A stretch of 52,526 nt of DNA. Source: Planctomycetaceae bacterium (GTDB lineage: Bacteria; Planctomycetota; Planctomycetia; Pirellulales; UBA1268). The position numbers and the translations under genes were made by a program. The notes under the pieces were generated by a model. The model saw nothing but the letters and a program-made list of their open reading frames with translations, did no database searches and was not told the DNA's origin. The stretch covers positions 1 to 52,526 of the forward strand of contig JBJSXB010000253.1 in assembly GCA_046086245.1 (NCBI GenBank), written 5' to 3'. Positions 8,739 to 18,315 of the stretch are shown here, piece by piece (positions within the stretch are counted from its first letter, which is position 1; each line of letters starts with the position of its first letter).

Positions 8739-9899
8739 ATGCACGCTTTTGCCGTGGTCCGTCGGCCCCTGTTCGCACTCGTGGCGTCGCTCGCCGTGGC
8801 GACGGCGTCGGGACCGCTCGCTGCGCAGAACGAGCCACCCGCCAACCCGGCGGCCGGCGCCGCGGGCGTGCCGCCGCTGCCCGACGGGGAGCCGCAGGAA
8901 TTGCTGCAGTTCGTCGACAAGGTACTGGCGCAGCCCGTGCCCCCGGCGCCGCGTGACGTGACCATGAAGCTGTTCCGGGAACGGGCCGCGCTGGCGTACG
9001 AGGCATCCGACAAGGTTCTCGGCCGGGTTAAGACCGACGACGCCACGTACGAGCCGGCGGTGCGCATGAAGCTGCGCAGCCTCATGATGCTCGCGCAACT
9101 GGGGGACGAATCGGCTCCGGGCAAGCTCGGCGAGTTCGCCGCCACGCTCGTCGATTCGCCGTCGAAGACGCTCGCCCGCGAAGCCCGGCGGATGACGATC
9201 ATCGCCGACATGCAGGGGGTGTTCGCGAAACGTGACGTGTCGAGCGCCGGGGCGATCCTCGAGCGGATCGAAGCCCTCGCCAAGGACGATCCCAGCGACG
9301 GAGACACCGCCAATCTCGCCATGCAGACCGCCACGGCCCTCGAGCAATTCCCCGGCGGCGACGCCTTGTCGAAGGAGCTCTACCGCCGGCTCGGGCCGGT
9401 GTTCGAGGGCAGCGACAACGAGCGCACCAAGGCGGTGGGCACGATGTTCGCCGGCGTGTTGCGGCGGCAGGAACTGCCCGGCAACGCGATGGAAATCAGT
9501 GGCACGAACATGGACGGCAGCGCGTTCGACCAGAAGCAACTCGACGGCAAGGTGGTGCTCGTCGATTTCTGGGCGACGTGGTGCGGCCCGTGCATCGCCG
9601 AGATGCCCAACGTGCTCGAGCAGTACGCCAAGTACCACGACAAGGGTTTCGAGGTGGTCGGGGTGAGTCTCGACACCGATCGTGCCGCGCTCGAAGCGTT
9701 CATCGCCGACCAGAAGATCCCCTGGATCGTCCTTCACGAACAGGGGCTCGCCGCCGCCAAGGGGCATCCGCTGGCGATGCACTACGGCATCACCGGCATC
9801 CCGACGGTGATCCTCATCGGGCGGGACGGCAAGGTGGTCTCGATGGACGTGCGCGGGGAGAAGCTCGGGCTCGAACTCGCCAAACTCTTCAAGGAGTGA
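8739..9899 (+). CDS. TlpA/ResA-like periplasmic thiol:disulfide oxidoreductase with a long helical N-terminal domain
   Basis: Signal peptide MHAFAVVRRPLFALVASLAVATASG. C-terminal thioredoxin fold with 'VVLVDFWATWCGPCIAEMP' (WCGPC) and 'YGITGIPTVILIGRDGKV'. Confidence 0.8.
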   Translation: MHAFAVVRRPLFALVASLAVATASGPLAAQNEPPANPAAGAAGVPPLPDGEPQELLQFVDKVLAQPVPPAPRDVTMKLFRERAALAYEASDKVLGRVKTDDATYEPAVRMKLRSLMMLAQLGDESAPGKLGEFAATLVDSPSKTLAREARRMTIIADMQGVFAKRDVSSAGAILERIEALAKDDPSDGDTANLAMQTATALEQFPGGDALSKELYRRLGPVFEGSDNERTKAVGTMFAGVLRRQELPGNAMEISGTNMDGSAFDQKQLDGKVVLVDFWATWCGPCIAEMPNVLEQYAKYHDKGFEVVGVSLDTDRAALEAFIADQKIPWIVLHEQGLAAAKGHPLAMHYGITGIPTVILIGRDGKVVSMDVRGEKLGLELAKLFKE

Positions 9900-9909
9900 G
9901 GGTCGCGCC

Positions 9910-11052
9910 GTGACCGATTCCCCCGGGGCCTCAGGTGCCACCCGGCGCGGCGTGGTCGCGCTGCGGGCAGGTCGTTTCGATTCCTCGGGCATTCGCAAGG
10001 TCTTCGATCTCGCTGCCCGGCTCCAGGATCCGATCAACCTCTCGATCGGCCAGCCCGACTTCCCGATGCCGGCGGAGGCGTGCCGGGCGGCCAAGGAGGC
10101 GATCGACGCCGGTCGCAACGGCTACACGCCGACCCAGGGGATCGGTCCCCTTCGTGAACGGCTCGAGGCCCGCGTCCGTGCCGAGACGGGGCAGCCCGCC
10201 CGCGCGCTGTGCGTGACCAGCGGATCGAGCGGCGCGCTGGCGGTGGTGCTGATGTCGATCCTCGACCCGGGCGACGAGGTGATCGTCTTCGAGCCCGCGT
10301 TCGTCATGTACCGCCCGCTCGTCGAGTTCCTCGGCGGCCACTGCGTGGCGATCGACACCAGCCCGACGTTCCAGATCGACGTCGATCGTGTCGCCGCCTC
10401 GATCGGCCCCCGGACGCGGGCGATCCTCCTCAATACGCCCGCCAACCCGACCGGCGTCGTCGTCGACGCGGCGACCGTCACGGCGCTGGCGCGGCTCGCC
10501 GAGGCGCGCGGCGTGACGCTGATCAGTGACGAGTTGTACCGCTCGTTCTGCTACGACGGCCCCTTCCATTCGCCGGCGACGGTATCGGAATCGGTCGTGG
10601 TGATCGACGGCTTCTCGAAATCCCACGCGATGACGGGCTGGCGCGTGGGGTGGGTGCACGGGCCGCGGGCGATCGTCGAGACCTGCACGATGCTGCAGCA
10701 ATACACCTTCGTCTGTGCACCGCAGGTGGGCCAGTGGGCGGCGCTGGCGGCGCTCGACGCGCCGATGGACGTGCCGCTCGAGGCATGCCGCCGCAAGCGC
10801 GACCGGTTGATGGCGGCGCTCGCCGGGCACTATCGATTCGTGCGCCCCGGTGGGGCGTTCTACCTCTATCCCGAGGCCCCCGGCGGATCGGGCACACGGT
10901 TCGCGGCCCGGGCGGTGGAGCGCGAGAAGCTGCTGGTCGTGCCCGGCGACGTCTTCGGTGCCGCCGACACCCACTTCCGCATCGCCTACACGGTGAGCGA
11001 TGCGATGCTCGAGCGCGGCATCGCGGCACTCCTCCGGCTCGCCGCGGCCTGA
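9910..11052 (+). CDS. Class I/II PLP-dependent aminotransferase (aspartate/aromatic type)
   Basis: 'GYTPTQGI', 'ILLNTPANPTG', and the PLP-lysine motif 'DGFSKSHAMTGWRVGW'. About 380 aa, typical for the family. Confidence 0.85.
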   Translation: MTDSPGASGATRRGVVALRAGRFDSSGIRKVFDLAARLQDPINLSIGQPDFPMPAEACRAAKEAIDAGRNGYTPTQGIGPLRERLEARVRAETGQPARALCVTSGSSGALAVVLMSILDPGDEVIVFEPAFVMYRPLVEFLGGHCVAIDTSPTFQIDVDRVAASIGPRTRAILLNTPANPTGVVVDAATVTALARLAEARGVTLISDELYRSFCYDGPFHSPATVSESVVVIDGFSKSHAMTGWRVGWVHGPRAIVETCTMLQQYTFVCAPQVGQWAALAALDAPMDVPLEACRRKRDRLMAALAGHYRFVRPGGAFYLYPEAPGGSGTRFAARAVEREKLLVVPGDVFGAADTHFRIAYTVSDAMLERGIAALLRLAAA

Positions 11053-11053
11053 C

Positions 11054-11069
11054 CCGGGCCGCGGCCCGG
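11054..11069. terminator. 16-nt perfect GC palindrome between the convergent aminotransferase and clpX genes
   Basis: CCGGGCCGCGGCCCGG equals its own reverse complement. It sits 2 nt after the aminotransferase stop. No T-tract follows. Confidence 0.3.
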
Positions 11070-11084
11070 TCGCGCCCGTGTGTC

Positions 11085-11118
11085 GCGGTGCGTCAGGCCG
11101 AGCGGTGCGTCAGGCCGA
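11085..11118. repeat. Perfect 2 x 17-bp tandem duplication spanning the clpX stop codon
   Basis: GCGGTGCGTCAGGCCGA occurs at 11085-11101 and again immediately at 11102-11118. The second copy carries the clpX stop (TCA on the plus strand, 11110-11112). Confidence 0.95.
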
Positions 11119-12399
11119 CTTGTGGCGGGCCTCGCGGATCGGCTCGACCGGTTCGGCGCCCTCGACGTTCCGGTCGGTGATGACGTAGCTCGCGCCGGCG
11201 TTCTCCGGCAGGTCGAACATCACGTCGAGCATCACGTCCTCGATGATCGACCGCAGGCCGCGGGCGCCGGTCTCCTTGCGCATCGCCTTGCGCGCGATCG
11301 CCACCAGTGCCTCGTCGGTGAACTCGAGGGTGCAGTTCTCCATGCCGAACAGCTTCTGGTATTGCTTGACGAGGGCGTTCTTCGGCTCCCGGAGCACCTT
11401 CACCAGGGCCCCCTCGTCGAGCGGCTTCAGCGACGAGATCACCGGCAGGCGGCCCTCCAGCTCGGGGATCAGGCCGAATTCGAGGATGTCGTCGGAGTCG
11501 ACCTGCGGCAGGAGTTCCGCCAGGTCGGCGTCGACCCTGACGCCGCCTGATTGCGAAAAGCCGATCGACCGCTTGCCGAGGCGGCGGCCGATGATCTTGT
11601 CGATGCCGACGAAGGTGCCACCGCAGATGAAGAGGATGTTCGAGGTGTCGATCTGGATGTACTGCTGCTCGGGATGCTTGCGGCCTCCCTGCGGCGGCAC
11701 GTTGGCGACGGTCCCCTCGAGCATCTTGAGGAGCGCCTGCTGAACCCCCTCGCCCGAGACGTCGCGGGTGATGGAGACGTTTTGGCTCGTCTTCCCGATC
11801 TTGTCGATTTCATCGATGTAGAGCACGCCGCGCTGGGCCGCCTCGATGTCGAAGTCGGCCGCGTTGAGGAGCTTGAGCAGGAGATTCTCCACGTCCTCGC
11901 CGACGTAGCCCGCCTCGGTCAGCGTGGTGGCGTCACCGATGGCGAACGGCACGTTGAGGATCCGCGCGAGCGTCCGCGCCAGCAGCGTCTTCCCGCTCCC
12001 GGTGGGACCGAGGAGGAGAATGTTCGATTTCTCCACCTCGACGTCGGACGATTCGCTCCCGAGGGTGAGCCGCTTGTAGTGGCTGTGGACCGCGACGGCG
12101 AGTACGCGTTTGGCGTGTTCCTGTCCGATGACGTACTCGTCGAGGTGCGACACGATCGCCCGGGGCGAGGGGATCGAGGTGAACAGCTGCTTGCTCGAAC
12201 CGCGGCGCCGTTTCTCCTGGTCGAGGATCGACTGGCAGAGTTCGATGCACTCGCCGCAGATGTAGACGTCACCCGGCCCCTCGACGAGCGGGCCCACGTC
12301 GCGGTAACTCTTGCGGCAGAACGAGCAGAAGGCGTTCTTCTTCGTCGTTCCACCGGCGCCACGACGACCGATGTTGTTGACGTCTTTGCCGTTGGGCAT
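11110..12399 (-). CDS. clpX: ATP-dependent Clp protease ATP-binding subunit ClpX
   Basis: N-terminal zinc finger '[17 protein letters not shown]', Walker A '[14 protein letters not shown]', 'YIDEIDKI', 'GARGLRSI'. Full length. Confidence 0.97.
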   Translation of the reverse strand: MPNGKDVNNIGRRGAGGTTKKNAFCSFCRKSYRDVGPLVEGPGDVYICGECIELCQSILDQEKRRRGSSKQLFTSIPSPRAIVSHLDEYVIGQEHAKRVLAVAVHSHYKRLTLGSESSDVEVEKSNILLLGPTGSGKTLLARTLARILNVPFAIGDATTLTEAGYVGEDVENLLLKLLNAADFDIEAAQRGVLYIDEIDKIGKTSQNVSITRDVSGEGVQQALLKMLEGTVANVPPQGGRKHPEQQYIQIDTSNILFICGGTFVGIDKIIGRRLGKRSIGFSQSGGVRVDADLAELLPQVDSDDILEFGLIPELEGRLPVISSLKPLDEGALVKVLREPKNALVKQYQKLFGMENCTLEFTDEALVAIARKAMRKETGARGLRSIIEDVMLDVMFDLPENAGASYVITDRNVEGAEPVEPIREARHKSA

Positions 12400-12494
12400 T
12401 GGTGGTCGGACCCTGGAGGAGGCGGGAATCGAATACTACAGGTCGCGACGAACCGCCGTTCCCGAACGCCGGGGAGACGGCGCCGCCGCACCCG

Positions 12495-12767
12495 TCAGGC
12501 CGCCCCATCCCGGGATGTCGGTTCCGACAGGCGTGGCTCGACGAGCGTTCTTATCTTTCGGTATTCAGCGTCACTCAGAACACCCTTGTCGCGCAGATTC
12601 CGGTATTCGAGGAGGGCGTCGCGCCAGTCGGAGCCGTCTCCACCCGAATGATCGGACGGGCCACCGAGCAACCGCGTGCGGACGAAATGGATCGCCCCCA
12701 CCGCCACGGCGATCGTGGCGGCCAGCACCAGCGCGTTGACGACGAAGGTCCAGCTTTCCGACGACAC
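12495..12767 (-). CDS. Small membrane protein with a SHOCT-like C-terminal motif
   Basis: GTG start. One TM helix (FVVNALVLAATIAVAVGAIHF), then 'LRDKGVLSDAEYRKIRTLV', which resembles the SHOCT short C-terminal domain. Same strand as clpX, 95 nt upstream of it. Confidence 0.45.
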   Translation of the reverse strand: MSSESWTFVVNALVLAATIAVAVGAIHFVRTRLLGGPSDHSGGDGSDWRDALLEYRNLRDKGVLSDAEYRKIRTLVEPRLSEPTSRDGAA

Positions 12768-13051
12768 GGTGGGAATGGTTTCCTTCCGGCTCGAACCCCG
12801 CTGCCGGGGACCCGAAGGGGGACCTGCCGGCGGTGGTGGGATGCCGATCCGACCGCGATTCTTCGACGATTATGGCGGTGCCGCGATACCCGGGTCCATA
12901 CGACACCTGCCGCGTCTTCCTGATTCCACCATTTTTCGCCGCCACCGCAGTCGCCGGGGGCGCGTCACAGGATGGGGAAGACCCGGTGGGTTTTGTCTCC
13001 GATGAGGCCGGCGGGTGACCATTCCGCCGGGGACGGTCGATCCTTCCCGAC

Positions 13052-14797
13052 ATGGTGTGCGCATCCCATCGATCCGTCGCCCGGCGCTGCCCTCCCCCGC
13101 AACGGTGGCGGGGCCGCTGGCTCGTGTGGGCAGCCGTGCTGGCGTGGCCGCTGGCGTCCGCGCTGGGCTCCGACGACCCCCCTGCCCCGGTCCAACTGCC
13201 GGAGTTGGTCCGCACCAAGCAGACGGTGTTCTCACTTCCCTTCCGGGTCGCCAAACCGCAAGCCGCCGATCGGGCCGCCACGCGCGTCGTGCTCGGTGTG
13301 TCGCGCGACCTCGGGGCGACGTGGCAGGATGCGGGAACCGCGGCCCCGTCCGCCGGTGCGATCACGTTCCGGGCGACGACCGACGGCGAGTACTGGTTCC
13401 GTTTCCGGGCCATCGACTCCCAGGGCCGGGAACGCGGCGGTGAAGGCCCCGACCTGCGCGTGCTCGTCGACGCGGCGGCGCCGCGTCTGGTGGCGCGGGT
13501 ATGGCGCGGGGGCGACGGCGAGATCGTCTGCCGGTACGCCGCCGCCGACGACTCGATCCGACTCGATTCGCTCGACATGTCGTACCGCGGCAAGGGTGAC
13601 ACCGAGTGGAAACGCATCGCCGCCGAGGGAATCCTCGCCCGGGAGTCCCCGGCGCACCTGGTCGGCGAGGAGATCTGGTGGGCCGGCGAGAAGGTCGAAT
13701 CGCTGACGGTACGGATCGCGATCGCCGACGGCTCCGGCAACCGGACCGCCAAGGAGTTCCATCTCGAAGCGTCCGATCCGCGCGTCGATCAGGCGGCGCT
13801 CGCGCTCGAACTGGGCGTCCCCGCGCTGCCGGCCTCCGGTGCGTCGAACGCGGCGCTGCCCACCGTCGAGCCCGGTCAACTCGGCCGCGTCGATGAACCG
13901 CCCGCCCCTCCGAGCGATCAACCATCCCCCGCCCCGGGCGGTTGGGCCGCGGAGCCGGCGACGCGCTTCCCTTCCGAACGACCGACCGCGTCGGCCACGA
14001 CGATGGCGTCGGTCGATCCGCCGAGCGTCCTCCTGCGGCCGGTGAGTTCGTCGGCCGCGCCGACGCCCGTGCCCCCGTTGACGGTGCGCCCGCTCGCCAC
14101 CGGGCCCGAGGCCACGCCCCAGCGCGTGGCGAGCCCGCCGAGCGAATACCGGGGCAAGCCACTCCACATCGTCAATAGCCGCCGTTTCAGTTGGGACTAC
14201 GAGATCGAGGAGCGGCCCGACGGCGCCGCGGTGCAGGTCGAGCTGTGGAGCACGCTCGACGGCGGTGTCACCTGGCAACGCGCGGCGATCGACCAGGATG
14301 CTTCCAGCCCGATCGACGTTTCACTGCCGACGGTCGGACTGTACGGCTTCCGGCTGGAGATCGTCCCCGTGCAGCCCGCCGGAAGTCCCGGACCGCGGTC
14401 GGGCGCGGCGCCGGAGGGATGGATCGGCGTCGACGACGAGCCGCCACAGGTGGAGTTGATCGGTGTCGATGAAGTCCGGGCCGGTGGCCCGGCGGTGGTG
14501 GTGATCCGCTATCTCTCTCGCGACCAACTGCTCGTGCCCGGTGCGGTGCGTCTGCTCTACTCCCCGACGGCGGACGGTCCCTGGGCGACGATCGCCGAGG
14601 GACTCGCGGCCCAGGGGGAGCATCGCTGGCAGCCCGACCGCGTCGTCCCGCCGCGGGTCTTCATCCGCGCGGAAGCGACCGATGCCGCGGGCAACGTCGG
14701 TCGCGTCGTCACCCGGGAAGCGGTGTCGACGACCGCCTCGCGCGCCGTCGGGAAGCTGGGCGGCGTGCGCGTGCCCGGCCCCTCCCCCGCGCCCTGA
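13052..14797 (+). CDS. Secreted protein with repeated Asp-box (BNR)-containing beta modules
   Basis: Signal peptide (WLVWAAVLAWPLASALG). Asp-box-like motifs 'SRDLGATW', 'TLDGGVTW', and weaker 'TADGPWAT'. Each is followed by 'F/YxFRxxxxD/P' strands (YWFRFRAIDSQG, YGFRLEIVP, VFIRAEATDAAGN). Confidence 0.6.
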   Translation: MVCASHRSVARRCPPPQRWRGRWLVWAAVLAWPLASALGSDDPPAPVQLPELVRTKQTVFSLPFRVAKPQAADRAATRVVLGVSRDLGATWQDAGTAAPSAGAITFRATTDGEYWFRFRAIDSQGRERGGEGPDLRVLVDAAAPRLVARVWRGGDGEIVCRYAAADDSIRLDSLDMSYRGKGDTEWKRIAAEGILARESPAHLVGEEIWWAGEKVESLTVRIAIADGSGNRTAKEFHLEASDPRVDQAALALELGVPALPASGASNAALPTVEPGQLGRVDEPPAPPSDQPSPAPGGWAAEPATRFPSERPTASATTMASVDPPSVLLRPVSSSAAPTPVPPLTVRPLATGPEATPQRVASPPSEYRGKPLHIVNSRRFSWDYEIEERPDGAAVQVELWSTLDGGVTWQRAAIDQDASSPIDVSLPTVGLYGFRLEIVPVQPAGSPGPRSGAAPEGWIGVDDEPPQVELIGVDEVRAGGPAVVVIRYLSRDQLLVPGAVRLLYSPTADGPWATIAEGLAAQGEHRWQPDRVVPPRVFIRAEATDAAGNVGRVVTREAVSTTASRAVGKLGGVRVPGPSPAP

Positions 14798-14916
14798 CCA
14801 ACGGTCGTCGTCGCACGGGCCGGTGGGAGCTCCGCGCCCGCCCGAGCCGTCAGCGGCTACACTCCGCCTGCGGTGGCAGCGGCATCCAGGCCCGCGGCTC
14901 CGCCCGGAGCCGGATC

Positions 14917-16059
14917 GTGCCCACCGCACTCGACATTCTCATCGGCGCCCCCTGGGATCCCGGTCCGAACGGCCTGATCGTGCTCGTGGGGGACGAACCC
15001 TTTCTCGCGGGCGAATGGCTCGCCTGGCTGCGTCGCGGATCGGCCGGCGGCGCGGATGCGGATCCCGACCGCCCCGATCCCGGCCGGCGTGATGCCGGCG
15101 ACTGGGGGTGGCGCGAGTTCGACGGCCACGCGCTCGACGACGCGCGCGACGTCTTCGACGAGGCGGCGACGATACCCCTGTTCGGCGGCTCTACGCGCGT
15201 GGCGGTGGTGCGCGGCGCCGATGCCTTCGTGACCGCCAACCGCGAGCGTCTCGAAACGCTCGCGGGGCGGGACCGCGGTGCCGCCGGCATCGTCGTGCTG
15301 GAGGTGAAGTCGTTGCCGTCGAACACGCGGCTGGCCAAGGCGGTGGCGGCGCGGAACGCGCAGATCGATCTCACGGTGCCGCCGAAATACGACCTGGTCC
15401 GTTGGCTCGCCGATTGGGCACAGCGGCGCCACGGCCGGCGCCTGGCCAAGGGCACGGGCGAACGACTCCTCGACCGCCTCGCGGGCGACCTCGGGCGCAT
15501 CGATCAATCCCTGGCGCGATTGGCGGCGGTGGGCGAGGGTCCGATCCCGCCGGAGGCGGTCGACGACGCCGCCGGCAGCCCGCGCGATCGCACGGCGTGG
15601 AGCATGATCGACGCCGCCGCGGCGGGCGACGCGCCGCAGGCGATCGGGCGACTCGCCGAGCTCCTCGACGCCGGTGAGAGCCCGATCGCCCTGGCCGCGC
15701 AGGCCTCGACGGTCCTGCGCCGTCTGGCGACGGCGGCCCGGCTGCTGGCGCTGCCGGCGGCGGCGGGCCGTCCGCCGGACATCGAGGACGCGCTGCGCCA
15801 GGCGGGCGTCCCCGCCTGGCCGAAGGCGCTTCAACAGGCACGCCACTCGCTGACGCGACTCGGTCCGCGCCGCGCGCTGGCGCTACCGCGCTGGCTCCAC
15901 GAACTCGACCGGGCGCTCAAGGGGGCGTCGTCGCGAGGCCCGCGTGCCGGCCTCGCACTCGAGACCCTGTTCTGCCGTTTGGCGGGCGCGGATGCCCGCG
16001 GGGCGAACCTCCCGGCGGCCGCCGCGGGGCCGCCGCGGCCCGGGCCGAAGGGGCGCTAA
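14917..16059 (+). CDS. holA: DNA polymerase III delta subunit
   Basis: GTG start. HolA-like N-terminus ('VLVGDEPFL', 'ATIPLFGGSTRVAVVRGADAF') and C-terminal helical domain ('AWSMIDAAAAGDAPQAIGRLAELLDAGESPIAL'). Confidence 0.75.
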   Translation: MPTALDILIGAPWDPGPNGLIVLVGDEPFLAGEWLAWLRRGSAGGADADPDRPDPGRRDAGDWGWREFDGHALDDARDVFDEAATIPLFGGSTRVAVVRGADAFVTANRERLETLAGRDRGAAGIVVLEVKSLPSNTRLAKAVAARNAQIDLTVPPKYDLVRWLADWAQRRHGRRLAKGTGERLLDRLAGDLGRIDQSLARLAAVGEGPIPPEAVDDAAGSPRDRTAWSMIDAAAAGDAPQAIGRLAELLDAGESPIALAAQASTVLRRLATAARLLALPAAAGRPPDIEDALRQAGVPAWPKALQQARHSLTRLGPRRALALPRWLHELDRALKGASSRGPRAGLALETLFCRLAGADARGANLPAAAAGPPRPGPKGR

Positions 16060-16106
16060 CACGGCGGCGCGGACGAGCCAGTCGAGCGAACGGAAGGAGG
16101 TCGGGC

Positions 16107-17549
16107 GTGGAGTCGGACAGCGAGCCGCAGCGGCACGACGTGTGGAGCAACCCGCTCGCCACCCGCTATGCGTCGGCCGAGATGACGCGGCTGTGGAGCG
16201 ACCATCACCGCTACGGCCTCTGGCGGCGCAGCTGGCTGGCGCTGGCGGAGGCGGAAGCGGAGTTGGGGCTGCCGATCACCCCCGCGCAGCTCGCCGAGCT
16301 GCGCGCCAACGTCGATCGGATCGACTTCGCCAAGGCGGCGGAATACGAGCGGCGGATGCGCCATGATGTTTTCGCCCATCTCCACGCGTTCGCCGACGTC
16401 GCGCCGTCGGCACGGCCGATCATCCACCTCGGGGCGACGAGTGCCTACGTTACCGACAACGTCGATTTGATCCTGATGCGTGAGTCGCTCGATCTCGTCA
16501 TCGCCCGCCTGGCGACGGTGATCGAGCGGCTCGCGGCACGGGCGCTGGAGACGCGGCATCTGGTCTGTCTCGGCCGCACCCATCTGCAGCCCGCACAGCC
16601 GACGACGATCGGCAAACGGATCTGTCTCTGGATCCACGATCTGGTCCTCGATGTCGAGGAGATCGCCCACCGGCGCAAGCTGCTGCGTGCCCGCGGCGTG
16701 AAGGGCACCACGGGCACGCAGGCGAGCTTTCTCGAACTGTTTCACGGCGACCACGCCAAGGTGCGTCGCCTCGACGAATTGGTCGCCCGCAAGCTCGGTT
16801 TTCACTCCTCCTACGAGGTGACCGGCCAGACCTACTCACGCAAGGTCGATTCGCAGGTCGTCGCGGCACTGGCCGGGGTGTCGGAATCGACGCACAAAGC
16901 CGGCAACGATCTGCGCCTCGCGGCCGCCTGGGGGGAACTCGAGGAGCCGTTCGAGAAGGATCAGGTCGGCTCCTCGGCGATGCCCTACAAGCGCAACCCG
17001 ATGCGGGCGGAGCGGATGTGTGGCCTGGGGCGGTTCGTCATGGGGCTGGCGGCGACGGCCGGCCAGACGGCGGCCGTGCAATGGATGGAACGCACGCTCG
17101 ACGACTCCGCGCCGCGGCGCCTGGTGCTGCCGCAGGCCTTCCTCGCGACCGACGCCCAGTTGGTGATCTACGCCAACATCGCCGCCGGTTTGGTCGTGCT
17201 GCCCGGAGCGATCCGCCGCAATCTCGAGGCCCACCTCCCGTTCCTCGCCAGCGAGAAGATCCTCATGGCGGCGACCGCCGCCGGTGGGGATCGGCAGACG
17301 CTCCACGAGGCGCTGCGGACCCACAGCCATGCCGCGACGGCGCGGATCCGCGACGGCCATGCCAACGACCTGGCCGCACGGCTTGCCGCCGATCCGCTCT
17401 TCGACGGCGTCGACATCAACGCGGCGATGAACCCCGACGACCTCGCCGGACGCGCGGCGGCCCAGGTCGAGGAATTCGTCGCCGGCGCCGTGCAGGCGAC
17501 GCTGGCGGGCTGCCCGACCCGGGCGCCGGAGTCACGCCTGGAGGTCTGA
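16107..17549 (+). CDS. purB: Adenylosuccinate lyase
   Basis: GGAAGGAGG RBS. Fumarate-lyase signature 'GSSAMPYKRNPMRAE', plus 'RTHLQPAQPTTIGKR' and 'RYASAEM'. Confidence 0.95.
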   Translation: MESDSEPQRHDVWSNPLATRYASAEMTRLWSDHHRYGLWRRSWLALAEAEAELGLPITPAQLAELRANVDRIDFAKAAEYERRMRHDVFAHLHAFADVAPSARPIIHLGATSAYVTDNVDLILMRESLDLVIARLATVIERLAARALETRHLVCLGRTHLQPAQPTTIGKRICLWIHDLVLDVEEIAHRRKLLRARGVKGTTGTQASFLELFHGDHAKVRRLDELVARKLGFHSSYEVTGQTYSRKVDSQVVAALAGVSESTHKAGNDLRLAAAWGELEEPFEKDQVGSSAMPYKRNPMRAERMCGLGRFVMGLAATAGQTAAVQWMERTLDDSAPRRLVLPQAFLATDAQLVIYANIAAGLVVLPGAIRRNLEAHLPFLASEKILMAATAAGGDRQTLHEALRTHSHAATARIRDGHANDLAARLAADPLFDGVDINAAMNPDDLAGRAAAQVEEFVAGAVQATLAGCPTRAPESRLEV

Positions 17550-17642
17550 CGCCGGCCGACGGCTGCCGTCGACAATCCGCTTGCCGCATCTGACGGATCA
17601 GGTGCCGGGAGCGCGGCTCCCTCGAACCGTATCGCGTTTCGA

Positions 17643-17673
17643 GTGGCCAAGGCCATGGATAGGCGTTGGCCAC
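17643..17673. terminator. Hairpin in the purB/fur convergent gap
   Basis: GTGGCCAA (17643-17650) pairs with TTGGCCAC (17666-17673). 15-nt loop. No U-tract. Confidence 0.3.
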
Positions 17674-17675
17674 CC

Positions 17676-17715
17676 GCTACCAGACGCTGGGCTACCAGAC
17701 GCGGCTGCTAGACGC
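17676..17715. repeat. Three tandem copies of a 12-mer (GCTACCAGACGC) at the 3' end of fur
   Basis: Exact copies at 17676-17687 and 17691-17702. A third copy, GCTGCTAGACGC (2 mismatches), at 17704-17715 covers the fur stop codon. Confidence 0.9.
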
Positions 17716-18214
17716 GGTCCTGATGCCGGGGCCGGCTCCGGTGGCTCCGGCACTCGACGCACATCCCGCTGACGATCAGGCGGTGCCCCCGGGCGGTGAA
17801 GCGGTGCCGCGCGGCGACGGCGGCACAGATCTTCTCGAGGTCGGCGCTCGAGAACTCGATCAGCTTCTGGCACGAGGTGCAGTGCAGATGGTCGTGCTGG
17901 GGATAGCCGTAGTCGTGTTCGTAGACGCTCCGCCCGGACAGCACCATCTTCTTCAGGAGGCCCGCATCGACCATTTCCGCCAGAGTGCGGTAGACCGTGG
18001 GACGGCTGACGCCGGCACCGGCCGGGGAACGGCGCAGGTCCTCGAGCAATTGCTCGGCGTCGAAATGCTCGTGCCGGCTGGCGACGTGATCGACGATCGA
18101 CTGCCGCTGCCGTGTGACCCGCTTGCCCCGCGCCTGGAGGAACTCGGCGAACCGTTCGCGCGGCGTGAGGGCGACATCGACGGAACCGAGCGAAAAATCG
18201 GCGCTGGTGGTCAT
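17708..18214 (-). CDS. fur: Fur-family metalloregulator
   Basis: 'RVTRQRQSIVDHV', 'SRPTVYRTLAEMVDAGLL', and the metal-site pattern 'HDHLHCTSCQKLIEF....GMCVEC'. Confidence 0.9.
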   Translation of the reverse strand: MTTSADFSLGSVDVALTPRERFAEFLQARGKRVTRQRQSIVDHVASRHEHFDAEQLLEDLRRSPAGAGVSRPTVYRTLAEMVDAGLLKKMVLSGRSVYEHDYGYPQHDHLHCTSCQKLIEFSSADLEKICAAVAARHRFTARGHRLIVSGMCVECRSHRSRPRHQDRV

Positions 18215-18315
18215 GACGCGGTCCCGACCGTCGACGATCGATGCGATCGCCGCCGATCGATTGTAGCGTCGGACTCCCGGCTGACCGGTGGAGTCGGCCC
18301 CGCGCTGCGACCGTC

